Shown here piece after piece: positions 27,369-37,648 of a stretch of 64,000 bases of DNA. Source of the DNA: an uncultured delta proteobacterium. GTDB taxonomy: Bacteria; Desulfobacterota; Binatia; Binatales; Binataceae. The stretch is taken from positions 194,025 through 258,024 of the forward strand of contig CAVVGR010000007.1 in assembly GCA_963747845.1 (NCBI GenBank), written 5' to 3'. The notes under the pieces are model-generated. The model searched no databases. It was not told the origin of the DNA and worked only from the letters and a program-made list of their open reading frames with translations. Position 1 is the stretch's first letter. Each line of letters opens with the position of its first letter. Both the position numbers and the translations under genes were made by a program.

Positions 27369-29060
27369 GTGCGGAGGCAGGATAGGGCGATGGCGGCAAG
27401 CACTTCCACGACCGCGCCGGTCCGCATCGTGGCCCTCGGCGGGCTGGGCGAGATCGGTCTGAATCTGATGGCGATCGAATGCGCGGGGCGCGCGATCGTA
27501 ATCGATTGCGGCGTGATGTTCCCCGACGAGCCCGCGCTCGGACTCGGCACCTTCATCCCCGAAATGGCATGGCTCGAGCGCAGCCGCGTCGCGGTCGAGG
27601 CCGTCGTTCTCACGCACGCGCACGAGGATCATATCGGCGCGCTGCCCCATCTGCTGCGCCGCTTCAATGTTCCCGTTTATGGCACCGACATTACCCTCGC
27701 CTTCACTCGGCGGCGGCTTGCCGATTCAGAGTTTGACGATCCGGTCGATCTGCGGACGATAACGCCGCGTACTGCTTTCGAGGCCGGCCCGTTCACCATC
27801 GAGCCGATTCGCGTCACCCATTCGACGCCCAACGCGATCGCACTCGCGATTCGAACTCCCGCGGGCATCATTGTGCATAGCGGCGACTTCAAGATTGACG
27901 ACGCTCCCGTTGACGGCGCGCTGTTCGATCGCGAACGCTTCGCCGAGCTTGGCGCGGAAGGCGTCGCTCTGTTGCTCTCGGATTCGACCAACGTCGAGCG
28001 CCCCGGCCGCTCGGGCTCGGAAAGTTCGCTCAAGCCCGTGCTGCGCGAGCTCACCTCGCGCACGCGCGGCAGATTTTTCCTGTCGGCCTTCTCGTCGCAT
28101 CTGCATCGGATTCGCCAGGTGGCCGAGGTCTCGCGCGAGTTCGGCCGCCGCGTCGTTCCGCTCGGACGCGCGATGGCGGAGAGCGTGCGGCTCGGTCTCG
28201 AGACCGGCCAGCTGCCGTTCGGGCGCGCGATGTTCGTCGACCCGGGCGAGGCGGAGTTTATCGACGGCAACCGGCTGAGCTATCTCACCAGCGGCAGCCA
28301 GGGCGAACCGCTGTCTGCGCTGGCGAAACTCGCCACCGACGCGCACCCGCGCGTGCGTATCGAGCATGGCGACGTGGTCGTGCTGTCGTCGCGATTCATC
28401 CCCGGCAACGAGCGCACGATCAACACGCTCGTGAATCGTCTCTACCGCCAGGGCGCCGACGTCGTGTACGACGCCGTCGCTCCGGTGCACGTGTCGGGGC
28501 ACGCCAGCCAGGACGAGCTGGCCGAGCTGATCACGCTCACGCGTCCGCGGCACTTCGTCCCGATTCATGGCGAGTATCGTCATCTGAGCCGTCACGTCGC
28601 GCTTGCGATCGCGGCCGGAATTCCTGAACACGACTGCTTTCTGCTCGAGGACGGCGATTCGCTCGTGCTCAACGGTGGCGAGGCGCGTCGCGGAACAACA
28701 GTCGAGGCAGGCCGCGTGATGCTCGAAGGAGTTGACGGTGGCGATCCCGCGATAGTCAGCGAGCGGCGCGTGCTCGCGCGCGACGGCACGGTGACGGCGA
28801 TCGTAGTGCTCTCAGCGAAAACCGGGCGCATCGTCGCCGGACCCGATCTGCTTTCGCGCGGGCTCGTGAGCGGCGACGGAACTTCGGATCACATGCGCCG
28901 CGCGAAAGAGGAATTGAGCCGCCGGCTGGGCGCGCTCGGCGGCTCGCTGCATGCCAACGATCCTCGCGTCAAGGAAGAAATCGTGCGCGCGATTCGTCGC
29001 TACTTCAGCGACGAGCTGGGCAAGCGGCCGCTGGTGATTCCTTACGTGACGGAGGTGTGA
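27369..29060 (+). CDS. rnj: ribonuclease J
   Basis: Intact 563 aa with VRIVALGGLGEIGLNLMAIE, metallo-beta-lactamase motif LTHAHEDHIGALP, and the beta-CASP and C-terminal domains. An alternative start is ATG 27390. Confidence 0.9.
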   Translation: MRRQDRAMAASTSTTAPVRIVALGGLGEIGLNLMAIECAGRAIVIDCGVMFPDEPALGLGTFIPEMAWLERSRVAVEAVVLTHAHEDHIGALPHLLRRFNVPVYGTDITLAFTRRRLADSEFDDPVDLRTITPRTAFEAGPFTIEPIRVTHSTPNAIALAIRTPAGIIVHSGDFKIDDAPVDGALFDRERFAELGAEGVALLLSDSTNVERPGRSGSESSLKPVLRELTSRTRGRFFLSAFSSHLHRIRQVAEVSREFGRRVVPLGRAMAESVRLGLETGQLPFGRAMFVDPGEAEFIDGNRLSYLTSGSQGEPLSALAKLATDAHPRVRIEHGDVVVLSSRFIPGNERTINTLVNRLYRQGADVVYDAVAPVHVSGHASQDELAELITLTRPRHFVPIHGEYRHLSRHVALAIAAGIPEHDCFLLEDGDSLVLNGGEARRGTTVEAGRVMLEGVDGGDPAIVSERRVLARDGTVTAIVVLSAKTGRIVAGPDLLSRGLVSGDGTSDHMRRAKEELSRRLGALGGSLHANDPRVKEEIVRAIRRYFSDELGKRPLVIPYVTEV

Positions 29061-31304
29061 CCCTCATCGCGCGCAAGGAAAAAACGCCGGTCGAGCTTCC
29101 GCCTTCGCCTCCAGTCGAGGAAGTTTCGCTCGCGCCCGGCCCGGGCATCCGCATCGCGCGCGAACTATGCGCACTTGCGCTGCTCGCGTTCGCGGCGTTC
29201 GGCACCGTCAGCCTCATCAGCGTCGACCTCGGTCGTAGCCTCAACCTCGGCGGCCCGGTCGGAGCGGCGATCGCGGCGACTCTCGGCGGCCTGATTGGTT
29301 ACGAGTCGTACACCGCGATGATTCTCGTCGCGTGGCTGGCGCAGCGCGTATGGACGGGCGCAGGAGTCGTCACTATCGCGCGTGAGATCGGCGGCGGTGC
29401 GCTGCTAATTCTCGCGCTCGCGACCGCTGGCGCGCTCTGGGATCTGCACGACCCGCGGATGGGCGGTCAAATCGGCGCGAATGTCGCGCATTCAACTCAG
29501 CGATTCGCTCAACGTCGCCGGCGGCTTGATTGCGGTTGCGCTTGGATTGATCTGCGGGCTGGCCCTGATGCTCAAGCGGGCGCCGACCGAGCTGGTCGCA
29601 GGAGTCGCCGGCAAGATTCGGCCGCGTTCGCGCCGCGAAGTCTTCGAACTTACAGGTGGCGAATCGCATTCGCCGTTCGCTTTAGGCGCGGGCGACGAAG
29701 TCGATGTCGATACCGACACCGCGAATGGTCGGCCCACGCCCTTGAAAGTCAGGCTGCTCGATATTCGCGAGAAGCGCGACAAGATTGCCGCCGCGAAGCC
29801 GCGCCAGAAAGGCGCATTCAAGCTTCCGCCGCAGTCGCTGCTGGATTTGCCGCCCGCCGAGCATGCGCAGGTCGACGAGAGCCAGCTCGAGCGCAGCGCG
29901 CGCGTGCTCGAGCAGAAGCTCGCGGACTTCGGCGTCGAGGGGCGCGTCGTCGAAGTGCAGCCGGGGCCCGTCGTCACGATGTACAAGTTCGAGCCGGGCT
30001 CCGGAATCAAGGTCAGCCAGATTGTAAATCTCGCCGACGATCTCTCGATGGCTCTGCGAGCCGCCGCGGTCAGAATCCAGGCGCCCGTGCCCGGCGAGGC
30101 CGTAGTCGGAATCGAGGTGCCGAACAAGAAGCGCGAACGCGTTTTCCTGCGCGAGATTCTCGAGGCCGACGAATTTTCGTCCGCGCAAAGCCAGCTCACT
30201 ATCGCGCTCGGCAAGGATATCGCGGGCCGTCCGGTCGCCGCCGATCTCGCCAAGATGCCTCATCTGCTGATCGCGGGCGCGACCGGAACCGGCAAATCGG
30301 TTTCGCTCCACACCATGATCGCGTCGATCCTGTTCAACGCGACCGCCGACGACGTGCGCCTGATTCTCGTCGATCCGAAGATGCTCGAGTTGTCGGTTTA
30401 CGAAAATATTCCGCATCTGCTGGTGCCCGTCGTCGTCGATCCGCAGAAGGCCGCGTCCGCGCTGCTGTGGGCGACGCAGGAGATGGAGAGCCGTTACCTC
30501 AAGATGCGCGAGCTGGGCGTGCGCAATATCGACGGCTACAACCAGGCGCTCGCGTCGGGCGTGTCGATCACGCAGCTCAAGATGGCGGGACAGAGCGTGC
30601 CGGCGTCGGACGATCCGAATCAGCCGGCGGTCGGCGCGATCGAGCATCGCAAGCTGCCGAAGATCGTCATCATCATCGACGAGCTCGCCGACTTGCTGCT
30701 GAGCGAGGGCAAGACCGTCGAGCGCGACATCACGCGCCTCGCGCAAAAGGCGCGCGCCGCGGGCATTCATCTCATCCTGGCGACGCAGCGCCCGTCGGTC
30801 GACGTGATCACCGGCCTTATCAAGGCGAACCTGCCCGCGCGCATCTCACTGCAGGTGACCTCGCGCGTCGATTCGCGCACGATTCTCGACTCGATCGGCG
30901 CCGAGCGCCTGCTGGGCGCGGGCGATATGCTGTTCATGCCGCCCGGCAGCGCCAAGCTTCGCCGCCTGCATGGGCCGTTCGTCGGCGAGCATGAGATTCG
31001 CAAGCTCACCGATTTCCTGCGCGAGCAGGGCGCGCCCGAGTACCGCATGGAAATCCTCGACACCAAGCCGCCCGGCGACGAAGACGGTGACGGACTCGGC
31101 GCCGACATGCAGGACGAGATGTATGATGAAGCGGTGCGGATCGTGATGGAGACCAACCAGGCGTCGATCTCGATGATCCAGCGGCGGCTTCGAATCGGCT
31201 ACAATCGCGCGGCGCGGATGGTCGAGCAGATGGAACGCGAAGGAATCGTGATGCCCGCAGACGGCGCCAAGCCGCGCGAAGTCCGCCTGCGCAGCGTCCG
31301 ATGA
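29057..31304 (+). CDS. ftsK: DNA translocase FtsK/SpoIIIE, one apparent frameshift in the membrane domain
   Basis: The N-terminal TM part is in ORF 29057-30994 up to GGQIGANVA, continued in ORF 29481-31304 (QLSDSLNVAGGLIAVALGLICGLALML). Walker A LIAGATGTGKSVSL, Walker B IVIIIDELADL, and gamma domain SISMIQRRLRIGYNRAARMVEQME. The GTG start overlaps the rnj stop. Confidence 0.93.
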
Positions 31305-31319
31305 ACCCGCACGTCTGTT

Positions 31320-31392
31320 TCCTCTCCCTGTAAGGGAGAGGATGAAGGTGAGGGTCCTTTTACAGCGCGCTAATGCGCGCGATTCAAGATTC
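31320..31392 (+). repeat. REP/terminator-like element family B, copy 2 (directly after the ftsK stop)
   Basis: tcctctccctgtaagggagaggatgaaggtgagggtccttttacagcgcgctaatgcgcgcgattcaagattc has the same orientation and post-stop position as copy 1. Confidence 0.9.
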
Positions 31393-32083
31393 GCCTCTAT
31401 TCACCAAATACGTGGAGAGCAATCTTCCGGCAATCGTGATACTGCTGGCCGCCACTGCGCCCGCCCATGCTGAGACGATGGCGCCCGCGGGCACGTCCAG
31501 CAAGGATTTGAAGCAGGTGCTCGATCGCCTGCAGCGGCATTACCACGACACCAATTCATTCACGGCAAAATTCAGCGAAGAGATCTCGACCGCCGGCGCG
31601 CCCAAGCGCACGCGCAAGGGCACGGTTTCATTTCGCAAGCCCGGCCGTATGCGCTGGGAGTTCGAGGAGCCCGACAAAGAAACGATCGTCAGCGACGGCG
31701 AGACCCTCTTCAGCTACGATCCCGACCTCAACCAGGTGCTCGAGACTCCGCTGCGGCAGGCGCTCAAATCGAGCAGCGCGACCTCGTTCCTGCTCGGTAT
31801 CGGCAATATCAACCGCGACTTCAAGGCCGCATTCGCGAGTCCGCCGGCGCCGACCGGTCTTATCGATTTGAACCTCGACGCGAAGACCGGCGGCTACAAA
31901 ATCGAAGTCGGGCTCGATCCGAAGACCTACGACCTCATGACGTTGACGCTCACCGACCAGCTCGGCGACGTGACCAAGATCGACTTCACCGAGGTTCGTG
32001 ATAACGTGCAAATGCCCGACTCGACTTTCGCGTTCAAAGCGCCGCCGGGCGCCGACATCGTCACGGCACCTGCCTCGCCGTGA
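31373..32083 (+). CDS. lolA: outer-membrane lipoprotein carrier protein LolA
   Basis: LKQVLDRLQRHYHDTNSFTAKFSEEI...RKGTVSFRKPGRMRWEFEEPDKETIVSDGETLFSYDP, in classic ftsK-lolA synteny. The true start is probably GTG 31412, ahead of signal peptide NLPAIVILLAATAPAHA, because 31373 lies inside the repeat. Confidence 0.85.
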   Translation: MRAIQDSPLFTKYVESNLPAIVILLAATAPAHAETMAPAGTSSKDLKQVLDRLQRHYHDTNSFTAKFSEEISTAGAPKRTRKGTVSFRKPGRMRWEFEEPDKETIVSDGETLFSYDPDLNQVLETPLRQALKSSSATSFLLGIGNINRDFKAAFASPPAPTGLIDLNLDAKTGGYKIEVGLDPKTYDLMTLTLTDQLGDVTKIDFTEVRDNVQMPDSTFAFKAPPGADIVTAPASP

Positions 32084-32193
32084 CTTTCTGATACACTGAA
32101 TATTGAGTTTGACGCGCTGAAACTTCGGACCGCGATTGCCTCGCGGGTATGCGACAGGTATTTTTAAAAGCCCCGTAGTTTTTCCGGTTCGCA

Positions 32194-33534
32194 ATGGAAA
32201 AAGTTCATCTACTCACGCTTGGGTGTCCCAAGAATCTCGCCGACAGCGAGCTGATGCTTGGCGCGCTGACCTCGGCCGGTTTCGAGATCACGCTCGATCC
32301 CGAAGAGGCGCAAGTGCTGCTGGTGAACACCTGCGCGTTTATCGAGGCGGCGAAGAAGGAGTCGCTCGACGCGATCCTCGACGCGGTGGAGGTCAAGAAG
32401 CGCGGTTTCGGCAAGCGGCTGGTGGTCGCGGGATGTTTGTCGCAGCGCTACGCCACCGAGCTTGCGGCGACGATGCCCGAGGTCGATGTATTCGTCGGCA
32501 CCGGCAACTTCCTCGACCTGCCCGAGCTGCTGCGCCGCACCGAGGCGCCCGAGTCGCGGCCGATTCCCTACGCCGGCGCGGCGCATCTGCTGCCGACCTC
32601 GGCAATCCCGCGCGTCAAGACCGGAGATTTCTTCACGTCTTACTTGAAGATTTCGGAAGGCTGCAATCACAAGTGCGCCTTCTGCATTATCCCGAAAATT
32701 CGCGGCCTGCATGAGAGCCGTCCGCTCGCCGACCTCGTCGCCGAGGCGCGCAACCTCGCCGCCGGCGGCGTGCGCGAGCTCAACCTCATCGCGCAGGACC
32801 TGACCGCCTACGGCCGCGACCTCGACCAGCCGTCTTCGCTGGCCGCGCTGCTGCGCGAACTCTCGACCATCGACGATCTGCGCTGGATACGGCTGCTCTA
32901 CTGCTATCCGAATTTCGTGACCGCCGAGCTGCTCGACGCAATCGCCGATCTGCCGAAGGTCGTGAAGTATATCGACATGCCGCTGCAGCATGCGGACGAC
33001 GCGATGCTGCGCGCGATGCGCCGCGAGCGCTCCGGCGCGGCGCTGGTCAAGCTGCTCGAGCGCGTGCGCGAGCGAATCCCCGGCGTGGTGCTGCGCACCT
33101 CGTTCATCGTGGGCTTCCCCGGCGAGACCGACGCCGCCTTCGAGCGCCTGGTGGATTTTGTTCGCAATGAGCAGTTCGATCGCGTCGGCGTGTTCACTTA
33201 CTCGCGCGAAGAAAACACTGCCGCGTACGATTTGCCCGACCAGGTGCCCGAGCGCGTCAAGCGTGCACGGCGGGCGCGCCTGATGGCGACGCAGTCGGAG
33301 ATTTCGCTGGCGAAGAATCGCGGACTTGTCGGACGCGAAGTCGAAGTGCTGGTCGAAGGGCCGATGCCGGGACGCTCGACCCGGCTGCGCGCGCGAACCT
33401 CGGGCCAGGCGCCTGAAATCGACGGCTCGGTATTTCTTGCGGGCGACGCCGAGCCTGGCGAGTTCGTCCGCGCGCGAATCGACAAGGCGCTCAGTTACGA
33501 CTTGCACGCAACGGTCGCCGGCGCGGCCGCGTAG
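32194..33534 (+). CDS. rimO: ribosomal protein S12 methylthiotransferase RimO
   Basis: Intact 446 aa with VHLLTLGCPKNLADSE, LVNTCAFI, radical-SAM ISEGCNHKCAFCIIP and a C-terminal TRAM domain. Confidence 0.9.
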   Translation: MEKVHLLTLGCPKNLADSELMLGALTSAGFEITLDPEEAQVLLVNTCAFIEAAKKESLDAILDAVEVKKRGFGKRLVVAGCLSQRYATELAATMPEVDVFVGTGNFLDLPELLRRTEAPESRPIPYAGAAHLLPTSAIPRVKTGDFFTSYLKISEGCNHKCAFCIIPKIRGLHESRPLADLVAEARNLAAGGVRELNLIAQDLTAYGRDLDQPSSLAALLRELSTIDDLRWIRLLYCYPNFVTAELLDAIADLPKVVKYIDMPLQHADDAMLRAMRRERSGAALVKLLERVRERIPGVVLRTSFIVGFPGETDAAFERLVDFVRNEQFDRVGVFTYSREENTAAYDLPDQVPERVKRARRARLMATQSEISLAKNRGLVGREVEVLVEGPMPGRSTRLRARTSGQAPEIDGSVFLAGDAEPGEFVRARIDKALSYDLHATVAGAAA

Positions 33535-33556
33535 TATATTGGGAGTCGGAAATTCA

Positions 33557-34009
33557 ATGACCAAGAAACCAGTTGCCGCGAACCGCAATAAGTTCCTTGT
33601 CAAAGCGCGCGAACAACTGCTCGAAACGAAGAACAAACTGCTCGGCGAGATCGACTCCGAGCTGCGCGCCGAACGCGAGGGCAACAAGGACGAGGGCATG
33701 GACACCTACGACCTTGCGTCCGAGGAGCGCGATCGCGAGATCAACGTCATCCTGTCGGACCGCGAACGCGTCAAGCTCAAGCAAATCGACGACGCGCTCG
33801 CGCGGCTCGACGACGGCAGCTACGGCGTGTGCGAGTCATGCGGACTGGAGATTGCCGAGGAGCGGCTCGAAGCGATGCCGTTTTCGCGCCTGTGCCGCGA
33901 TTGTCAGCAGGACCAGGAGCGCGAGGCGAAATCGCAGCGGCGTTTCGACGACGAGCCCAATACCTACCGCAAAGTAGGCTCGACCGACGCCGACGATGAC
34001 AGCGCCTAG
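33557..34009 (+). CDS. DksA/TraR-family C4 zinc-finger regulator
   Basis: ATG 33557 preceded by gggag. Coiled-coil N-terminus and YGVCESCGLEIAEERLEAMPFSRLCRDC four-Cys finger. Confidence 0.8.
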   Translation: MTKKPVAANRNKFLVKAREQLLETKNKLLGEIDSELRAEREGNKDEGMDTYDLASEERDREINVILSDRERVKLKQIDDALARLDDGSYGVCESCGLEIAEERLEAMPFSRLCRDCQQDQEREAKSQRRFDDEPNTYRKVGSTDADDDSA

Positions 34010-34134
34010 CGTGGAACGGCGTAGATTGTTTACCGTGCCCCGCAAACCAGTCATGCTATTCATTCCATCTGCGCCCCTTGCAGTCCTTAACGACTGTTAG
34101 GTTAGGCGCGGTAAGGATTTCAGCAACTGGCCCT

Positions 34135-35082
34135 ATGAGGATATTTGCCGATATTGAAGACGGTGCGTCCGCCGCGCCGTCCGTCGACATGGCAGCGTTA
34201 CGCGAGCGGATTCGCGCCAACCTTGCCGGCGTCGGCGCGACTATCGCTATCGCAAGCGCGCGCGGCGGAGTCGGCAAGAGCATGCTCGCGGTGAATATCG
34301 CGGCAGCGTTGGCGATGAAAGGCCGCAAGGTCGCGATCGTCGACGCTGACCTCAATTCGCCGAGCGTAGCCGCGATGCTCGCGATGAAACCGCAGCGGCG
34401 CCTGCCGATGATCGAAGGAATCGAGCCGGCTGCCGGACCGCACGGCCTGCGCGTGGTGTCGAGCGATCAGCTTCCCGGCGGCGAGCCGCCTCCGATGAGC
34501 TTTGTACAGGACTACGATCAAAGCGACGGCCACAATGGCGACGAGCCGGTTCCGCCCGCTCCAGCGCGTCCGGTCGAGCTGAGTCATCGCGACGCGCTGA
34601 GCCGAATCCTGGCGCAGTCGCAGTTCGGCAACGTGGATTTGTTGCTGATCGATCTCGCGACCGGCCTCGATCGATTGCACTCGCTGGCCGGCATGGTCGC
34701 GCTCGACGGCGTCATGCTGCTGAGTCATCCTTCCGCGCAGGACACCAGCGCCGCGCGCCAGGCGATGAAGATTGGCCACGCGCTCGGCGTGCCGATCGTC
34801 GGCATCGTCGAGAACATGGTTGGCTTCAACTGCGACGGATGCCGTTCGGTGCGGCCGCTCTTTCCGGAGGGCGACCTCCACGGGATCGCGCGCGAGGCTG
34901 CGGTGCCTATCCTGGCCCGGCTCGCGTTCGAACCGCGGCTGGCGGACAGCAGCGATCGCGGCGTGCCGTTCGTGCGCGAGTACGCGTCCACGCCCACCGG
35001 CAAAGCGCTCGCCGAAATCGCAAACCAGCTCGATGCGATGATCGCGGCGCGCGCTCGTGCAGCCGACGTACCGCCTGCCTAA
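34135..35082 (+). CDS. mrp: Mrp/NBP35 (ApbC)-family P-loop ATPase
   Basis: Deviant Walker A IASARGGVGKS, VAIVDADLNSPS and GIVENMVGFNCDGCRSVRPLF (CxxC). The ORF opens at 34078 (TTG) and the first ATG is 34135. Confidence 0.75.
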   Translation: MRIFADIEDGASAAPSVDMAALRERIRANLAGVGATIAIASARGGVGKSMLAVNIAAALAMKGRKVAIVDADLNSPSVAAMLAMKPQRRLPMIEGIEPAAGPHGLRVVSSDQLPGGEPPPMSFVQDYDQSDGHNGDEPVPPAPARPVELSHRDALSRILAQSQFGNVDLLLIDLATGLDRLHSLAGMVALDGVMLLSHPSAQDTSAARQAMKIGHALGVPIVGIVENMVGFNCDGCRSVRPLFPEGDLHGIAREAAVPILARLAFEPRLADSSDRGVPFVREYASTPTGKALAEIANQLDAMIAARARAADVPPA

Positions 35083-35085
35083 GTC

Positions 35086-36879
35086 TCAATCGCTATCGGA
35101 ATCTTCGCTGTCGTCCGTCGCGGTCAGCACCGAGTCGGCGACGCGCGAATATTCGAACATCCCGGCTCCGCGATGAGCGCCGATGCGGAAACTCGCGAAG
35201 CCGAGTGACGTGTAGATGCGCGACTGCTCGGGCCCCGGCCGCGACAGCGGAATGAAGCACTCGACATCGCCTTCGATCTCGCACAACGATCCGTCCGCGC
35301 GTTTCAAACACGCCAAAATACGATGCGGCGGCTCCTCGACCGATGGCGTTTCGATCGTCAGGTCACCCAACTCGCACGGCGACCAGCCGCCGGCGCCCAG
35401 AATCCTGGCGCTCTGATTTGCCGGCGCGTCTGCGGTCGCGACAGCGCGCGCTTCGAGCGCACGCGGCGCTTCTTCGTCGTCGAAAGAAGCCCAGATCATT
35501 CTGCGCGTGGTGAATTTCTGCGGCCCCAGTCCGGTGAACGACATCCCGGCGCGCGCAAATCCCCGCACCGTCCGGGTCGCGCCGTCCAGGCGAACCTGTC
35601 CCGCAATTCGGCCGAACGCGGCGCTAGAAGACGGCGCATCCTGCGGCGCGCCTGACGAAGCGAGTATCCGGTCGAAGTCGAATTCGCCGCCCGCGCGATC
35701 AATCTCAAATCGCACGTCGACTTCGGCGGCGCAATCCAGCCGTCCCGACGCCAGCGCGCGTTCGATGCTCAGATATGCGGTGGCGTCCGGCACAATGACG
35801 GCAGGGCCATGGAATGCGAGCACAATCGAGTCGCCATCGCGCGTCAACGAGAGCGGGCCGTGGGTGACGGCGCTCGCGGAACGCGCCGGCCGGCCTTCGG
35901 CGGTGAACAATGCCGCGCGATGTCCATCGAACAGCATCATGATTCGCGCGCCCATGCCCGCGCCGCCGACGTCGAAGCTCGCCATCGCGCCGAACCGCGC
36001 CGCAGGGTCGTAAAATTCGATGCCGACGCGGCCGGGCGCCGCAACCGTCGCGGCTGCGCCGATTTCGGATTTGGCCACCGCCGGGCGCGGTGCACGATTC
36101 ACGACGATCGGCGCGCGAGCGGCGTGCGGCTCCGCGCCGTCGGCCGAGAAGACCTCGGCGATCGCGTCTTCGCATCGCGCGCGCAGGTCGCCGGGCATCC
36201 TGAGTGCGACCGAGAGTTCCAGTTGGGCCGCGTCGACGACACCGCGCATCGAAATTTCGGAGATCGATCTCAGCGGCGCGTTCGGACTCTCGCGATGACG
36301 TGCGGTGAATGCCTGCAACAGATTCTGCAAGCCGCCGCCCGGGTATCGCATGCCGTAAGTCGGCTTGATCCCGTGGCGACGCAGGCGTTCAGCCAGTCCG
36401 GCGAGCGGGCCGTTGATAAAGTCGTCGCACGCCGAGACGCATGCGGAGCCGGGCGGCCGCAGCTCGCCACCGGCGCTTCGTAGTCCCAGTCCGAAATCGA
36501 GGCGCGGCTCGATAATGTTCCAGCCGTGGATGAGCAGCACCGTGACGTGGCCATGGCGTGCGACGATTGCGTCGACGCGCTCCGCGATCATCTCGAGCAG
36601 CCACGGCGCACGCTCGATTATTTGCGAGACGCGGTTGCAGTCGAGCCGGTTGCGATCCATCGCGACGTTGATCAGCGCCGACGCGCCGAGCCGCGCCGCA
36701 AGTCCGCGCGTGATGTCGGCCGTGTGCAGGTCGTTGACCTTGGGATTCAGCAGCGAGCGCGTGCGCGGCTCAGCGCGTCCGCCGTGCGGCGCAATCAGCA
36801 GCAGCGGAGAATCGCAATCGATCACCTCGAGCCATGACTCGGAGGCGGCGTTCGCGGTATGAAGCCCGGACGCCGGCAT
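35086..36879 (-). CDS. two-domain protein: N-terminal N-formylglutamate-amidohydrolase-like (FGase-like) fold plus ~350-aa C-terminal domain of unknown function
   Basis: LLLIAPHGGRAEPRTR...NDLHTADITRGLAARLGASALINVAMDRNRLDCNR...VLLIHGW resembles the FGase family pattern. I do not recognise the C-terminal part (...GMFEYSRVADS, acidic tail DDSEDSDSD). The ATG directly abuts the pcs stop (TGAATG). Confidence 0.45.
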   Translation of the reverse strand: MPASGLHTANAASESWLEVIDCDSPLLLIAPHGGRAEPRTRSLLNPKVNDLHTADITRGLAARLGASALINVAMDRNRLDCNRVSQIIERAPWLLEMIAERVDAIVARHGHVTVLLIHGWNIIEPRLDFGLGLRSAGGELRPPGSACVSACDDFINGPLAGLAERLRRHGIKPTYGMRYPGGGLQNLLQAFTARHRESPNAPLRSISEISMRGVVDAAQLELSVALRMPGDLRARCEDAIAEVFSADGAEPHAARAPIVVNRAPRPAVAKSEIGAAATVAAPGRVGIEFYDPAARFGAMASFDVGGAGMGARIMMLFDGHRAALFTAEGRPARSASAVTHGPLSLTRDGDSIVLAFHGPAVIVPDATAYLSIERALASGRLDCAAEVDVRFEIDRAGGEFDFDRILASSGAPQDAPSSSAAFGRIAGQVRLDGATRTVRGFARAGMSFTGLGPQKFTTRRMIWASFDDEEAPRALEARAVATADAPANQSARILGAGGWSPCELGDLTIETPSVEEPPHRILACLKRADGSLCEIEGDVECFIPLSRPGPEQSRIYTSLGFASFRIGAHRGAGMFEYSRVADSVLTATDDSEDSDSD

Positions 36880-37647
36880 TCAGATCGACGCAGCCCGATG
36901 AAGCTTGAGCGCGGCACGCGCCTGCAGCACGAACGACGCGATGAAGTAGTACGCGATGTAACTCAGCCCGGCCCACAACATGACGCGGTTCACCTCCGGC
37001 AGCATCAGCAGCGACGCGACCGTCAAAAAGCCCCAGATGATTCCGAGCGTGAGCGTGATCGGGCGCAGCGGGACGGTTCGATTTGGATAGATGTATTTGA
37101 GCGGCAGAAACACCATCACGCCGAGCAGCATCAGGATCGCGACGTTGAAGACGGTGCTGGCGCCGAGACAGTAAAGATAAAACGCGACGAGATTCCAGTA
37201 ATTCGGGAAGCCGAGGAAGTAGTGGTCCGGCGTTTTGGCTTCGGTGTGGCAGAACCCGTACACGCTCGCGAGCATTACGAAACACGCCAGCGCCAGGCCC
37301 CATCGCGAATCCGGGATGATGCCGGCCTCGAGCATCAGGAACACCGGCGCCACGGTGTAGGTCAGGTAGTCGACGATGTTGTCGAGCAGCGCGCCGTCGA
37401 AGGTCGGCACCCGAGTCTTGACCATCAGCCAGCGCGCAAGCGGACCGTCGCTGCAATCGATGATGGTCGCCGCGCCCATCGCCAGGAACGACTCGCGGTA
37501 GTCGCCGCGCGAGGCGAAAAATATCGCGAGCAGGCCGAGCGCCGCGCCCAGCGCGGTATATAGATGTACGCCCCACGCGCAGGCCGTGAGAAATTTCTGC
37601 CTCGGCAAGAGTCGCGGCAGATTTGCGGCTGCGCCTGATGAGGTCAA
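36880..37647 (-). CDS. pcs: phosphatidylcholine synthase (CDP-diacylglycerol--choline O-phosphatidyltransferase)
   Basis: Eight-TM protein with CDP-alcohol motif DCSDGPLARWLMVKTRVPTFDGALLDNIVDYLTY. Pcs-specific blocks are WGVHLYTALGA, HYFLGFPNYWNLVAFYLY and FLPLKYIYPNRTVPLRP, which closely parallel rhizobial Pcs as I remember it. TTG start. Confidence 0.85.
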   Translation of the reverse strand: MTSSGAAANLPRLLPRQKFLTACAWGVHLYTALGAALGLLAIFFASRGDYRESFLAMGAATIIDCSDGPLARWLMVKTRVPTFDGALLDNIVDYLTYTVAPVFLMLEAGIIPDSRWGLALACFVMLASVYGFCHTEAKTPDHYFLGFPNYWNLVAFYLYCLGASTVFNVAILMLLGVMVFLPLKYIYPNRTVPLRPITLTLGIIWGFLTVASLLMLPEVNRVMLWAGLSYIAYYFIASFVLQARAALKLHRAASI

Positions 37648-37648
37648 G

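Noticed and set aside
32209-33705. 498-aa minus-strand ORF opposite rimO. Similar long antisense ORFs are 13153-14481, 18512-19462, 19577-20740, 29682-30770, 58074-59027, 6141-7064, 7506-8531, 43227-44150 and 36859-37563.
   Set aside because: All lie opposite well-supported genes and have the R/A/G/P-biased composition of non-coding frames in GC-rich DNA.
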